Shown in pieces: positions 29,310 through 39,875 of a stretch of DNA of 64,000 nucleotides. Numbering within the stretch: the stretch's first letter is position 1; each line of letters opens with the position of its first letter. The position numbers and the translations under genes are program-made. Source of the stretch: Flavobacteriales bacterium (GTDB taxonomy: Bacteria > Bacteroidota > Bacteroidia > UBA10329); contig JAIOYP010000002.1 in NCBI GenBank assembly GCA_021741155.1, positions 43,551 to 107,550 of the forward strand. Direction: 5' to 3'. The notes beneath the pieces are model-generated. The model ran no database searches and had not been told where the DNA came from. It worked only from the letters and a program-made list of their open reading frames with translations.

Positions 29310-29783
29310 TTAGTTTTTAATGATCTTGAATGTTCTGATTGATTGATTGTTCTTGAATATGTTTAGGAAATAAACACCTACAGGTAGGGCAGATGTGTTG
29401 AGTACTGTTTGTGAGCTTGTGGTGTTGCCATCAAGCAGGCGTTTCCCCTGTGCATCAGATAGTTCATACTGAAGGTTGAACGAATCTGCTTGCAGCACCT
29501 GCATCAGCAGTTGATTGGTGGTGGGATTGGGAAAAACATTTAGCGTCAGCACATATTCAGTCTCCTGAACGGAAACGGGAAATATCTCGTTGGCATGTTC
29601 AATTCCCTGACTGGCAGATCCGCCCGGACCGGTAACTTCAGTGAACACCACCAGTCCCACGGCAAATGCCTCGGAACCGCCAGTACCAGTACCGTCACCA
29701 CCTACGGAACTCAACGCATCCTGCGCGCTACTTCCGAATACGATCCCAAAGAGAAGACCGAAGAAGATTATTGTTGTTTTCAT
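29310..29783 (-). CDS. small secreted protein with a T9SS type-A C-terminal sorting domain
   Basis: It has a signal peptide. The C-terminal ~70 aa resemble a Por CTD (VFPNPTTNQLLMQVL ... LPVGVYFLNIF ... FKIIKN). Confidence 0.65.
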   Translation of the reverse strand: MKTTIIFFGLLFGIVFGSSAQDALSSVGGDGTGTGGSEAFAVGLVVFTEVTGPGGSASQGIEHANEIFPVSVQETEYVLTLNVFPNPTTNQLLMQVLQADSFNLQYELSDAQGKRLLDGNTTSSQTVLNTSALPVGVYFLNIFKNNQSIRTFKIIKN

Positions 29784-29985
29784 GGTGTAAAAGTGTGGTG
29801 GTGACCAAAAGAGTGTGATGATTTCACACGGTAATCAGATATGATATTTGTCAGGAAAAAGACATCCGGGGCCATTCCGTTCTTCTTTCAGTGTGAGGCA
29901 GATAGATAAAAGAAAAAACGGAAACCAAGACCTTCAAGGTCTTGCTGAATAGAGGCGAAGCACCACGTTAATGAAGGAGACAACG

Positions 29986-31536
29986 TTACCAACTTGTGGG
30001 TCTATAATCCTTCAGGAATTTGCCGCACCAATGTTTGCCCGTGTTGATGCCATATAACAATGGATCCAATACTCTGGCAGCTCCATCCACAATATCTAAT
30101 GGCGGTTGGAAGTCGTGCAGTTCTTCCTTCTTTTTCGCCAACTCAATGGGGTCTTCATCGGTTACCCATCCCGTATCTACTGCATTGGAATAGATGCCAT
30201 ACTTGGAAAAATCAGCGGCAGAAGTAAGGGTCATCATGTTCAGCGCAGCCTTGGCCATATTGGTATGTGGGTGGCGCGATTCTTTGTGGTATTGATGAAA
30301 CTTCCCCTCCATGGCCGAAACATTGATGATGTGCTTCATGCCTGTGTTTTCCTTTTTCATGAGATGAACCAAGCGATTGCAGAGCACAAAAGGCGCAACA
30401 GAATTGACGAGCTGCACTTCTAGCATTTCGTTGGTATGAATCTCTCCCAGTTTCAACCGCCAACTGTTGGTCTTTCGAAGATCAACTTGTTGCAAGTCGG
30501 CATCCAACTTCCCCGTTGGAAATACCTCATCGGTAGCTAAAGAATGGTCTACCGTGTAGGCAATTTGAGAGAGTTTGGCAGAAGCACTCAAACCAATACC
30601 CACTTGCTTTCTGTTCCAAGAAACAGGTAAGTTCTTGTCCTCATCTTCTAGTTGAGCGCTGATGATTCCTAGCTCTCGCAAACAGGCTTCATGATCTGAC
30701 AAAACGTTCCTCACCAAGGGAGGCAGTTCAGAAATAGGAGCGTCTTCTTGCGCCAATAGGTGCTGATAGAAACCTGCTGGACGCCTCACGGTCTGTGCTG
30801 CATTATTGATGAGCACATCCAATCGGTCGTATTGCTGCTCTATGTAATTGCAGAAAATCTCAACGCTCGGAATGTGCCTGAGGTCCAGGCCGTGCACCTT
30901 CAGACGGTGGCCCCATTTGTCAAAGTCGTCTTCTTTGGCATAACGCATGGCAGAATCTACTGGAAACCGCGTGGTGGCAATAACGGTGGCTCCTGCCCGC
31001 AACATCATGAGGGTAATATGGTAGCCAATTTTGAGGCGCGAACCCGTAACCAGAGCCACTTGTCCAGTGAGGTCTGCGGTTTGAAAACGCTTGGCATAAT
31101 TGAAGTCGCCACAGGGCGAACACATGGTGTCATAGAAGTGATGCAGCGTTGTAAACTCCTCCTTGCAGACATAACATTCGCGCGGGGTAACAGTGGTAGT
31201 AGCACGTTTTGCTTGCTCGGCAGTGAGTGCAATCATTTTGGGTGCAACAAAGACGGTTGCTTCTCTCGCGCTGCGAATGCCTGTTTTGTTGCGCGCCTGC
31301 TTGTCTTGTGCAGCCGCTTTTTTCCTGCCGTTTTTGCGCGCGTCCTTATCGCGTTGGGTAAACTCATTTTTAAGCGGTCGCGACAATCGACCCGCTTGTA
31401 TCATCAGTTCAATTCTGCGCTCTTTGGGAATCTCAAAGAGTTGACCGGTATCGTTGTTCAGCGTTTCTAAGATGGCGATACACTGATCAATTTGATCTTG
31501 GCTCAATTGAACCTGTTCTTTGTCCATTTCGTTCAT
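29986..31536 (-). CDS. SDR-family oxidoreductase with a ~170-aa N-terminal extension containing a CxxC ... CxxC motif
   Basis: The Rossmann motif is [16 protein letters not shown]. The SDR YxxxK region is present. The N-terminal part has CYVCKEEF ... CSPCGD and a basic low-complexity segment. Confidence 0.6.
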   Translation of the reverse strand: MNEMDKEQVQLSQDQIDQCIAILETLNNDTGQLFEIPKERRIELMIQAGRLSRPLKNEFTQRDKDARKNGRKKAAAQDKQARNKTGIRSAREATVFVAPKMIALTAEQAKRATTTVTPRECYVCKEEFTTLHHFYDTMCSPCGDFNYAKRFQTADLTGQVALVTGSRLKIGYHITLMMLRAGATVIATTRFPVDSAMRYAKEDDFDKWGHRLKVHGLDLRHIPSVEIFCNYIEQQYDRLDVLINNAAQTVRRPAGFYQHLLAQEDAPISELPPLVRNVLSDHEACLRELGIISAQLEDEDKNLPVSWNRKQVGIGLSASAKLSQIAYTVDHSLATDEVFPTGKLDADLQQVDLRKTNSWRLKLGEIHTNEMLEVQLVNSVAPFVLCNRLVHLMKKENTGMKHIINVSAMEGKFHQYHKESRHPHTNMAKAALNMMTLTSAADFSKYGIYSNAVDTGWVTDEDPIELAKKKEELHDFQPPLDIVDGAARVLDPLLYGINTGKHWCGKFLKDYRPTSW

Positions 31537-31623
31537 CCCGTGCCTAGCTTATTGCCCACGTTTACGGCTCAGAAAAGTAAGGTTTTAGTTACTGCAACCT
31601 TTGCCAAGGTCTTCAAGGTTTGG

Positions 31624-31929
31624 CTATCTGATCTTAATCAGGTCAATTTCCTCGTATGCATTTGACACCCATCCGCAGCCGGCCATGGTGGCCAGTACAT
31701 CATACTTGACCTCGATCTTCAGTTCGTCCACCTGATACTTGGCAGGCAGGTCAATGGGTTTGTAAACGGTGCCATCAATTTCCATGACCCAACCACAGCC
31801 ATCAACCGCTGGTGGTCCAAAATCTTTTACCGTTGCTTTGGTAAACTTTCGTTGGTCGCATGCAATGAGCGATGCGAAGAGAACCAGAAGTAGGAAGAGT
31901 TTATTTTTCATGGTTACTGATTTGTGCAT
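31624..31929 (-). CDS. small lipoprotein, hypothetical
   Basis: Lipobox LIAC. It lies 2 nt downstream of the 31931-33289 gene. Confidence 0.45.
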   Translation of the reverse strand: MHKSVTMKNKLFLLLVLFASLIACDQRKFTKATVKDFGPPAVDGCGWVMEIDGTVYKPIDLPAKYQVDELKIEVKYDVLATMAGCGWVSNAYEEIDLIKIR

Positions 31930-31930
31930 C

Positions 31931-33289
31931 TTATTGCCTTACAAATTTTTCCCAGCCCTGCTTTTCCCCATCCGTGAGGTGGATGAAATAAAGACCCTGA
32001 TCCAGAGAACTAATATCAATCGTAGCGTTCTGATTGGTGGTGGAGTATTGCATTACTAATTGTGCCTGCGCATTGAATAGTTCTATTGTGCCGCGTTTCA
32101 AATCCTCTGGCAGTTCAATTGTAATGTGGCTACTAGCGGGATTGGGATACGCACTAAAAAGTATCTGCTCTCGATCTTCTATGCCCAGAAAAATGGCGTT
32201 CGATACGGTATTACTAAAAACGTCTTCGCCACTACTCGTTTTTGATGGCGTGCAGTAAGCGTCTAATGTTGTTCCAATGGCATAATAGGTTAGCGAGGTG
32301 GCAAATGGCAGAATCCAATTGGTGAAGCCAGCCGGAATAGCCACTTGCAACGTAAGCTGAGAAGGAGATGAGCCAGCGTAAACCAAGTAATCTTGTTCCA
32401 GACCCGGCTGCGGGAAATAATTGTTCCAGCTCAGTCCCATCTGTTGCCCTTCCGTATTCGTAAACGTATCAACTCTAAGATGAATGGTAGTATGTTTTGC
32501 TGATCGGTTGCTTTCGTCTCCATCGTTGTTAACCATGGATAAATAATAGTTCGTGGCTGCGCTGGATGAAGGGCTGGGATCAACAAAAACAGTTAAATCT
32601 TGGTAGGCAACAGCGCCAAGAAGCTGAATTTGCTGCGGACTGGTAACAAGCGAACTATAAATTCTGAATGAGTCTGTAAAGTTCGATGTCAACCTTTCCC
32701 AAACCACCTGATTAACTCCAGTGCCAAGTTCTGTACTCACAAAACAAATCTCAGGGGTGAATAGGTTTTCGGAGACTGCGTACTCAATCGTGTAATCAAA
32801 TGGGGTGCTTAATGGGGCAGGAGGCAGTTGGCTTAAAAAAAACCTGACAGTAATCGTATTCGTACCCGATGTGATGGTGGTGGGTGTGCCATAAATGCGA
32901 ATGCACCACCTCGAATAACCGGGTTGCTGAGGAACGAGGTGAACTGCCGAAACTCCCTGTCCTGCTGCATAATTAAACGGAAGCGCCATGCCAGTGGTAT
33001 CTACCATGTCACCGTTGTCGAGGTAAAATTCGTATTCCATTCCATCTGGCATTCCCGTTACATCCATAACGCCTACCTGTTCGATGGCTATAGAGCCAAA
33101 AGGAACACTTGGGGCCAACCCTCCATAGGGAAAATAGACCGTGAAATTACCATCGAAGTATTGGTTGGGCTCCATGGTTACTCCTCCAGCAAAAGAGGAC
33201 TGAAAAGTGTTGATTGCAGTATTAACTACACACTGCGAAAAGCCTTGAATCTGTACCAGTAATAAGGCAAGGGTAAAATAGGTTTTCAT
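31931..33289 (-). CDS. secreted protein with a T9SS type-A C-terminal sorting domain
   Basis: It has a signal peptide. The C-terminus is FSAYPNPASSHITIELPEDL ... LYFIHLTDGEKQGWEKFVRQ. Confidence 0.65.
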   Translation of the reverse strand: MKTYFTLALLLVQIQGFSQCVVNTAINTFQSSFAGGVTMEPNQYFDGNFTVYFPYGGLAPSVPFGSIAIEQVGVMDVTGMPDGMEYEFYLDNGDMVDTTGMALPFNYAAGQGVSAVHLVPQQPGYSRWCIRIYGTPTTITSGTNTITVRFFLSQLPPAPLSTPFDYTIEYAVSENLFTPEICFVSTELGTGVNQVVWERLTSNFTDSFRIYSSLVTSPQQIQLLGAVAYQDLTVFVDPSPSSSAATNYYLSMVNNDGDESNRSAKHTTIHLRVDTFTNTEGQQMGLSWNNYFPQPGLEQDYLVYAGSSPSQLTLQVAIPAGFTNWILPFATSLTYYAIGTTLDAYCTPSKTSSGEDVFSNTVSNAIFLGIEDREQILFSAYPNPASSHITIELPEDLKRGTIELFNAQAQLVMQYSTTNQNATIDISSLDQGLYFIHLTDGEKQGWEKFVRQ

Positions 33290-33517
33290 GGTTGAGGTTT
33301 TTATGGATTGTGCTTAATCGTTACCGTCTGCAACTCCCGATATTGTTACCCCAATATTACCCAACTTCTTTCAATTTACCTACACCATGTTGCACTACTA
33401 TCTGGCAGCGCATCAAGCAACACAATTGGTCATGGCGCGGACTCTACTCGCAGGTACATGGAGGCCGTGATGGTGTAAATCCACCTTAAAAAGACTGGTA
33501 ATTAAAAAGGAAATTTC

Positions 33518-34072
33518 CTATTCCTTCTCATAAGGTTTGAATTCGAAATACGTTTTCACCTCAATTACTTCGGCAATGTTGGCAAACACAACCTTAGGAA
33601 CCTTAATCTGATAATCTCTTAGCGCCACCGCAAAATCGCAGATAAGCGTGGCTCTTCCTTTGTGGCAAACCATCAATCCGCTGAGGCTCTCGGCCCTGTC
33701 ATGTCCATGAATATTCATCATTCCGGTGGCAGTAACATTATAGATGGTATCCTTGGTAATTTCCAACGTATCACTCAATTTTCCATTGAAAGTGGCGTAC
33801 GGAAACTTCTCCGATTCCATGTAGCTCTCATTGAAATGTTCCTGCATCAACGTTTTTTCAAACTGAAACCCTGCAATGGGAATCCGAAATGTAATTTCTC
33901 TCTTGGTTACATTAAGTAATGATGTGGATGCCGAATTGAACGCCTCAATATTCTCTATCGGAGTTGCAGAAAAGAAACTCACCAAGCTACTATCTGTGGT
34001 GTAAATGGGCTGAGAAAACGACTGCCCAGCAAGCATTGTCAATCCTACAATTATGGTCAAAAATGATTTCAT
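33518..34072 (-). CDS. YceI-like (polyisoprenoid-binding) periplasmic protein
   Basis: It is colinear with the YceI family (signal peptide, FRIPIAGFQFEKTLMQEHFNESYMES, C-terminal beta-barrel). The start is taken at the internal Met MKSFLTIIVG. Confidence 0.6.
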   Translation of the reverse strand: MKSFLTIIVGLTMLAGQSFSQPIYTTDSSLVSFFSATPIENIEAFNSASTSLLNVTKREITFRIPIAGFQFEKTLMQEHFNESYMESEKFPYATFNGKLSDTLEITKDTIYNVTATGMMNIHGHDRAESLSGLMVCHKGRATLICDFAVALRDYQIKVPKVVFANIAEVIEVKTYFEFKPYEKE

Positions 34073-34276
34073 ATCATTCATACTACTGTTGCAAAAAGCT
34101 GCTGCTGGCTCAGCATGCAAACACTTGTTTTAATGAATCTGGAAGTGGATTACTAGGGAATATGTCCAATCCGATTTCAATCTCCAGCAATCTATCACTT
34201 TTCATTCCGTTCATGGTGGCGCGAATAAACAAAAAAGGTGCCGTTAAGCACCTTTCCTATCTTGGGTATCGGTCAT

Positions 34277-35101
34277 TTATTTGACCAACAATTTCTTAAT
34301 GGTCGATTTTCCGTCCACTTCAATTTGCAAGAAATATACACCTGTGTTCAGGCTTCTAGATTTCACATCAATCTTAATGTTGCCACCATCATGCTTTTCC
34401 TCAAGCACTTTCCGTCCCTGCACGTCAAACATCGTAATCAGCATCTTCTCGTCAACATCTCTCGCAGCCACATGAATTTCATCTATTACTGGGTTCGGAT
34501 AAACCGAAATATCAGCAAGGTCAGATTCTGCTATTCCAACACCTAATTCACCTACAGTAAGCGAACCAGAAACCACCACATCATCACTTGTACCACCACC
34601 ATTATCAGTAAAATTTCCAGCATAATAAACACCAACGGCCCCTGTTCCAGAGACTGGAGCAATCCACTGAAAATTCCAAGTTTTTATTCCTCCAATAACC
34701 GAAGTTCCGCTAAACGTATGGGTGATGTACTTGGAACCGAGTATCTGTGTTCCTGTTCCAGCGATAAGTGTTCCCAATTCGTTCCCAGAATTATCCTGTG
34801 CAGAAAGTTGAAATCCGAACTTCTCACCTCCAGACTTGGTCATTGTAAACATAATGTTGTATGTCTCGCCACCAACATATCCAGTAGGTGGAATATCTGA
34901 TGAGACATCTATCTCCTCGGTGGTTACCGCAGGACCACCAGAATGGCAACCCAATGTTGCGCACGTCTGACCATCAGACGGAGATCCCGTGTTTCCCATG
35001 GGTGCTCCCGAACTGTTTGTGTGAGCCATTCTAAAATTGTAATCATAAACCAATCCGGCCATCAGCAATAATGACAATACGAGAGCGAATTTTTTCTTCA
35101 T
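34277..35101 (-). CDS. secreted protein with a T9SS type-A C-terminal sorting domain
   Basis: It has a signal peptide. The C-terminus is ISVYPNPVIDEIHVAAR ... GVYFLQIEVDGKSTIKKLLVK. Confidence 0.65.
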   Translation of the reverse strand: MKKKFALVLSLLLMAGLVYDYNFRMAHTNSSGAPMGNTGSPSDGQTCATLGCHSGGPAVTTEEIDVSSDIPPTGYVGGETYNIMFTMTKSGGEKFGFQLSAQDNSGNELGTLIAGTGTQILGSKYITHTFSGTSVIGGIKTWNFQWIAPVSGTGAVGVYYAGNFTDNGGGTSDDVVVSGSLTVGELGVGIAESDLADISVYPNPVIDEIHVAARDVDEKMLITMFDVQGRKVLEEKHDGGNIKIDVKSRSLNTGVYFLQIEVDGKSTIKKLLVK

Positions 35102-35257
35102 GATTATGGTAGTAATTGTGCGCTAAAATTAAGACCGTCTTTGGATATGTAATTGTCTTACTCGCAACTTCATCAAAGGTTCAATGGTAGCACAGATAGG
35201 AAATATGGTTGCTTTCGGGGCAATCGGATCTTAATCAAGGTGAAAAACATGCTTTAG

Positions 35258-35335
35258 CCACAGAGACACAGATTTGCATAGAAAGACCACTGATTATCTG
35301 TGAAAAATCCGTGAAAATCTGTGAATCCGTGGCTA
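35258..35335. repeat. palindromic element related to the 7121-7204 hairpin
   Basis: The sequence gccacagagacacagattt ... aaatctgtgaatccgtggc shares the ccactgatt / ccgtg / atctgtg motifs with the 7.1-kb element. Confidence 0.4.
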
Positions 35336-35435
35336 TTTCATGTCAGCTACTTAAGACCCAATTACCTTGATGGTCTTAAAGAATTCAGATTTTCCCAAAT
35401 GGCTTTTCATAAATTTGGCCTCCCAACGAAAAACA

Positions 35436-36614
35436 ATGGCTGACGACAGATATCAAGGACACGATTATTATTTAGTGGATGATTTGCTCACAGAAGAGCA
35501 CAAACTCATTCGCGAAACGGTGCGAACATGGGTAAAGCAGAACGTTTCTCCCATTATTGAAGAATACGCGCAAAAGGCCGAATTCCCAATTCACTTACTG
35601 AAAGGTTTAGGTGAAATTGGTGCTTTTGGCCCATACATCCCCGCAGAATATGGCGGCCCAGGGCTTGATCAAATCAGCTACGGAATTATCATGCAAGAGC
35701 TAGAGCGTTGCGATAGCGGATTGCGCAGCACGGCTTCGGTTCAAAGTTCGTTGGTGATGTTCCCTATTTGGAGTTATGCTACTGAAGCGCAGAAGCAGAA
35801 ATGGTTGCCTAAATTGGCTACAGGAGAATTACTCGGCTGCTTCGGTCTCACCGAACCCGACCATGGTTCTAACCCAAACGGGATGGTCACAAACTTCAAA
35901 GATGCTGGCGACCACGTCATCCTAAACGGGGCCAAAATGTGGATAAGCAACGCACCGTTTGCCGACATCGCAGTGGTTTGGGCAAAGGATGAAGAAGGCA
36001 CAATTCGCGGCCTAGTTGTAGAACGCGGAATGGAAGGATTTACCACGCCAACCACGCATGGAAAATGGAGTCTTCGTGCTTCTGCCACAGGCGAATTGGT
36101 GTTTGATAATGTGAAAGTCCCGAAGGCGAATTTGTTCCCAGACATCCGCGGACTGAAAGGCCCGTTGAGCTGTTTAAACTCCGCTCGTTATGGTATTGCT
36201 TGGGGCGCACTTGGTGCTGCGTTAGATTGCTACGATACCGCTTTGCGTTATTCCAAAGAGCGTATTCAGTTCGGAAAGCCAATTGGAAGCTTCCAATTGC
36301 AACAGAAGAAATTGGCCGAAATGATTACCGAAATCACAAAAGCGCAATTGCTTGTTTGGAGATTAGGTGTGCTCAAAAACGACCACCGCGCTTCTCCACA
36401 GCAAATTTCGATGGCCAAACGAAATAACGTTGAAATCGCTCTAAGAACAGCTCGCGAAGCACGCCAAATGTTGGGCGGAATGGGCATTACGGGCGAATAC
36501 CCAATCATGCGCCACATGATGAACTTAGAAAGCGTTGTAACCTACGAAGGCACGCACGACATCCATCTTCTCATCACGGGAATGGACGTGACCGGGTTCA
36601 ATGCGTTTAACTGA
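35436..36614 (+). CDS. acyl-CoA dehydrogenase (glutaryl-CoA dehydrogenase-like)
   Basis: It is colinear with the ACAD family, including the LTEPDHGSNP motif and the C-terminal YEGTHDIH region. The start is taken at MADDRY. Confidence 0.8.
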   Translation: MADDRYQGHDYYLVDDLLTEEHKLIRETVRTWVKQNVSPIIEEYAQKAEFPIHLLKGLGEIGAFGPYIPAEYGGPGLDQISYGIIMQELERCDSGLRSTASVQSSLVMFPIWSYATEAQKQKWLPKLATGELLGCFGLTEPDHGSNPNGMVTNFKDAGDHVILNGAKMWISNAPFADIAVVWAKDEEGTIRGLVVERGMEGFTTPTTHGKWSLRASATGELVFDNVKVPKANLFPDIRGLKGPLSCLNSARYGIAWGALGAALDCYDTALRYSKERIQFGKPIGSFQLQQKKLAEMITEITKAQLLVWRLGVLKNDHRASPQQISMAKRNNVEIALRTAREARQMLGGMGITGEYPIMRHMMNLESVVTYEGTHDIHLLITGMDVTGFNAFN

Positions 36615-36656
36615 TTTATACATAGATTACACACACAAAATCCATAACTGAAAAAA

Positions 36657-36893
36657 ATGACACAAAAAGGAAAACTCACACCAGTGGTTTTGGCCGCAGC
36701 ACTTCATGAAAATATGAACGCAAAAGGCACACTGAAAGCACAGTTCAAAACACAATTCCTATCAAGGTTCTCAGAAGAGCAATTGGAAGGGATTAAGCAA
36801 GGAATTGAATTGGAGATCAACGACAGAAAAATGGCGGTAGTTGACGAAAAAATAAAATTCTTGGAAGAAATGGGCTACAAAGTTTCCAAGTAA
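36657..36893 (+). CDS. small hypothetical protein
   Basis: 78-aa ORF with a good context downstream of the ACAD gene. No family recognised. Confidence 0.35.
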   Translation: MTQKGKLTPVVLAAALHENMNAKGTLKAQFKTQFLSRFSEEQLEGIKQGIELEINDRKMAVVDEKIKFLEEMGYKVSK

Positions 36894-36941
36894 ATCACAA
36901 GCATTCTGAGCTTTAAGTGCAAGAGGAAAACACATAGTGAA

Positions 36942-37868
36942 ATGAGATTTTTTCTAGCTTTTCTTCTTTGGTTTCCCCTTGCATGTTCAGCTCAATTCAA
37001 AGGCGTTTCTTACGAACTCCGAAATGAGATTGGAACGTATGTTCTTACATCCAAAACCTTCTCGCACCGAATTAATAACGAAGAAGGTGTCACTTCTGTA
37101 ACCGACAAAACAGGCGAGAAATCGCTCTATCAATTTGATGAATTCCTGAATGGATTTGTTGGGCTGAGCAATGATGGAAGAACAATTGTCCACGTGCAGT
37201 CTGAGAATAACTCTGAGCCGTTAGCGAAGTTGAAAATCACCTTCTACCGCGATGGGAAAAAGTTTGATACTGTTGAACTCGGCAAGCTTCTCAAATATGA
37301 ATTGGATGGTGTAATTAAGAGTGAAAAACTCCCAAAAAGCGGCTGGCTAAGAAACGACAGCCTCCTACACAAAATGGCAAGCAATGCATTTTACATCACC
37401 GATGATAAGGTGTTCGTTTCCATTGATGGTCCCCTTCTACTGGTCTTCGATATGAACAAGATGTTCCACATCTATACGGGAAACGGTGCCAACCATTTTC
37501 AGCAGAATTATTATTCGATTCCGAACCTTCCATTCCGAACGGAGTTTACCTCTTCTGAGTACTTCCCGAAAGAAATTCCTCAAACCGAAAACGGACGAGA
37601 TTTTGATGCCATCATCGCTAATGCGGCTAAGTTGAAATCTGCGATTCCAGAAGAAGCACTCTATCGGGTAGAAATGGAAGTTCTAGTTCGAGTAGACGGT
37701 ACTTCAGAGATTCGAAAAGCGGCTGTTTTCTCTACAAAAACCAACATTCTTGACGAGAAGTTGTCGGAGCAGTTAAAGGCAAATCTGCCGACTACGCGTT
37801 TTCAAACGGCAACCATTCCGCCTAAACATCCCGCGTGGATTTTTAGTGAGAGTTTCTGGTTGAAGTGA
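36942..37868 (+). CDS. secreted hypothetical protein
   Basis: Signal peptide MRFFLAFLLWFPLACSAQ. Confidence 0.5.
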   Translation: MRFFLAFLLWFPLACSAQFKGVSYELRNEIGTYVLTSKTFSHRINNEEGVTSVTDKTGEKSLYQFDEFLNGFVGLSNDGRTIVHVQSENNSEPLAKLKITFYRDGKKFDTVELGKLLKYELDGVIKSEKLPKSGWLRNDSLLHKMASNAFYITDDKVFVSIDGPLLLVFDMNKMFHIYTGNGANHFQQNYYSIPNLPFRTEFTSSEYFPKEIPQTENGRDFDAIIANAAKLKSAIPEEALYRVEMEVLVRVDGTSEIRKAAVFSTKTNILDEKLSEQLKANLPTTRFQTATIPPKHPAWIFSESFWLK

Positions 37869-37930
37869 TTTTCCTATAAAGGACGATAAAGCTTAACTTT
37901 GATTCAGTTGTTTAAATTCAAAAAACGAAA

Positions 37931-38137
37931 ATGAAAGTTCTTCTCGACATAAAAGATGCGAACGCATTGCATTTGATGGAGGTATTGAAAAGTCTTCCTT
38001 ATGTGAAGACGCAACAACTGACGGACGAAAAAGCCGAATTGTTGAGCGACATTCGCGAAGCAGTGGAAAACCTCAAACTGGTTAGAAGCGGCAAGATGAA
38101 AGCGAGACCTGCCAAGGATTTGCTGAATGAGTTATGA
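37931..38137 (+). CDS. type II antitoxin (partner of the RelE/ParE-like toxin)
   Basis: 68-aa ORF that overlaps the toxin gene by 11 nt, which is the typical toxin-antitoxin arrangement. Confidence 0.55.
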   Translation: MKVLLDIKDANALHLMEVLKSLPYVKTQQLTDEKAELLSDIREAVENLKLVRSGKMKARPAKDLLNEL

Positions 38138-38456
38138 GGTTCTAACCATCCCTCCGTTTGACAAGCAGTTAAAACGGCTGGTTAAGAAATATCCATCTCT
38201 TAGAACAGAATTTTCAACCTTTCTAGATGGTCTTGAAGTACATCCAGAATTGGGAACTTCGCTTGGCAACAATTGCCGCAAGATTCGATTATCCATCAAG
38301 TCAAAAGGTAAGGGAAAATCAGGTGGTGCTAGAATCATTACGAATATCGTCATAAGCGAAAAGGTCGTTTACCTGCTCTCCATCTATGACAAATCTGAAA
38401 AAGCTAATCTGACAGATTCTGAATTAAAGGAATTGCTCCAATTCACGATTGGCTAA
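38127..38456 (+). CDS. RelE/ParE-family type II toxin
   Basis: 109 aa. The pattern CRKIRLSIKSKGKGKSGGARIITNIV ... VVYLLSIYDKSEKANL is characteristic of RelE/ParE toxins. Confidence 0.7.
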   Translation: MSYEVLTIPPFDKQLKRLVKKYPSLRTEFSTFLDGLEVHPELGTSLGNNCRKIRLSIKSKGKGKSGGARIITNIVISEKVVYLLSIYDKSEKANLTDSELKELLQFTIG

Positions 38457-39737
38457 TCACTCCGTCCTGATTTTCATTGTCTGCAATTGCTGTAACACGA
38501 GAGCGAGCGGTATCACAGACACAAGAATAAATCCGCCACAAATCATATAGCTGTATATGATGTTGTTTGATGCAGAGAAAAACGGCATAGCGAAGATGGT
38601 GATGAACACTCCCCGACTGGCAATATTGAAGATGTAGAAGATGCTGTTGGCACGGCCAATGATGTTGTTGGGAATGTGATTGAACAGAAACGTGACACGA
38701 GTGATGCGTGTAGCGGCATTTGAAAATCCGATAAGAACGGAAAACAAGTAAAATCCGATAATACTTTTGGTGAAGGCGATGACCACAAACGAAATCCCAG
38801 CAATCAGCATCATCAATAAAACCGTTTTGGCAGGTGCCAAATTCCGTGTCAGTTTCATGATGAGAAAACCAGCAAACAGACTTCCTAGAGCAAAGTAAAC
38901 CTCGCTGCTAGCATATACATCCGCACCAGCTTCCAACTGATTATCCACGAAAATCGGTAGCAGAAACTGAACCTCCACCAGCAGTACAACGAAGATGGAA
39001 TAAGAAGCCAGTCCGAATACGAGTAACTGTTTGTTCAGCATCAAAAACTGCCAACCACGCTTGAATCGCTCCACAATCTTGTCAAGATCTATAGGCAGCG
39101 GATTATGGTCTACATATTTGATGAAAGGAATGATGCAAGCCGCTAGAGCGTACGTGCTTGCATCTAGAAGAAATATCTCCCAAATCCGCCACTGTTCAAT
39201 CTCAAACGGAAAGGAAATCTGAAATCCAAGCAAATCAATTGCTCCTCCTGTCGTTCCCGAAAGGAGAATGGCTCCGAATGCACCTGAAAGCACATTCGTG
39301 CTTTGCCCAAGCACTTCAATCATAGAATTGACGCGACCATAATCACCTCGTGCAGCCAATTGCTGGGAGAAGGCGTAAAGATTCGGATAGTGAATATTGA
39401 AGCCGAAAAAAGTAAACACGAAGATAGCAGCCACCAGCCGAATGGGAGCTTCCTGATTGATTTCTCCGTACAAACCAGCCGTGCCAAGCACTACAAATCC
39501 AACCACGGATGCAATCCAAAAGATGTTCTTGCGAGGATAACGGTCAATTAATGTTCCCGCAAACAGACTCCAGAAAATGCTAATGAATGTGGCAAAGGCC
39601 AACACTTGCCCAAACACCACCGATTCATGTATAATTGAAGCGAAATACCACGGAATGGAAAGCATGGTGATGCCCTGAGCGAAACTCGAAACCACGTGTG
39701 ACGTGAAAAGAAGGGCAAGCGCGCGTTTGTTTTCCAT
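38457..39737 (-). CDS. MFS transporter
   Basis: Twelve or more predicted TM segments, with the DRYPRKNI and DRxGRR-like loop motifs. The start is taken at the internal MENKRA. Confidence 0.7.
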   Translation of the reverse strand: MENKRALALLFTSHVVSSFAQGITMLSIPWYFASIIHESVVFGQVLAFATFISIFWSLFAGTLIDRYPRKNIFWIASVVGFVVLGTAGLYGEINQEAPIRLVAAIFVFTFFGFNIHYPNLYAFSQQLAARGDYGRVNSMIEVLGQSTNVLSGAFGAILLSGTTGGAIDLLGFQISFPFEIEQWRIWEIFLLDASTYALAACIIPFIKYVDHNPLPIDLDKIVERFKRGWQFLMLNKQLLVFGLASYSIFVVLLVEVQFLLPIFVDNQLEAGADVYASSEVYFALGSLFAGFLIMKLTRNLAPAKTVLLMMLIAGISFVVIAFTKSIIGFYLFSVLIGFSNAATRITRVTFLFNHIPNNIIGRANSIFYIFNIASRGVFITIFAMPFFSASNNIIYSYMICGGFILVSVIPLALVLQQLQTMKIRTE

Positions 39738-39875
39738 CAAAAAGTCGGGCAAAGCTAGGTTTAGTCGATAGTTCACAGTCGATAATCCACAGAAAAAAAC
39801 CATCAATGTATATGACGCAACATCCATTATCGTCTATGGACTATGGTCTATCGACTTTCTGGCTATTTTACAACC

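Noticed and set aside
30760-31470. A 236-aa plus-strand ORF.
   Set aside because: It is antisense to the SDR gene, which has clear Rossmann and SDR motifs. No domain was recognised.
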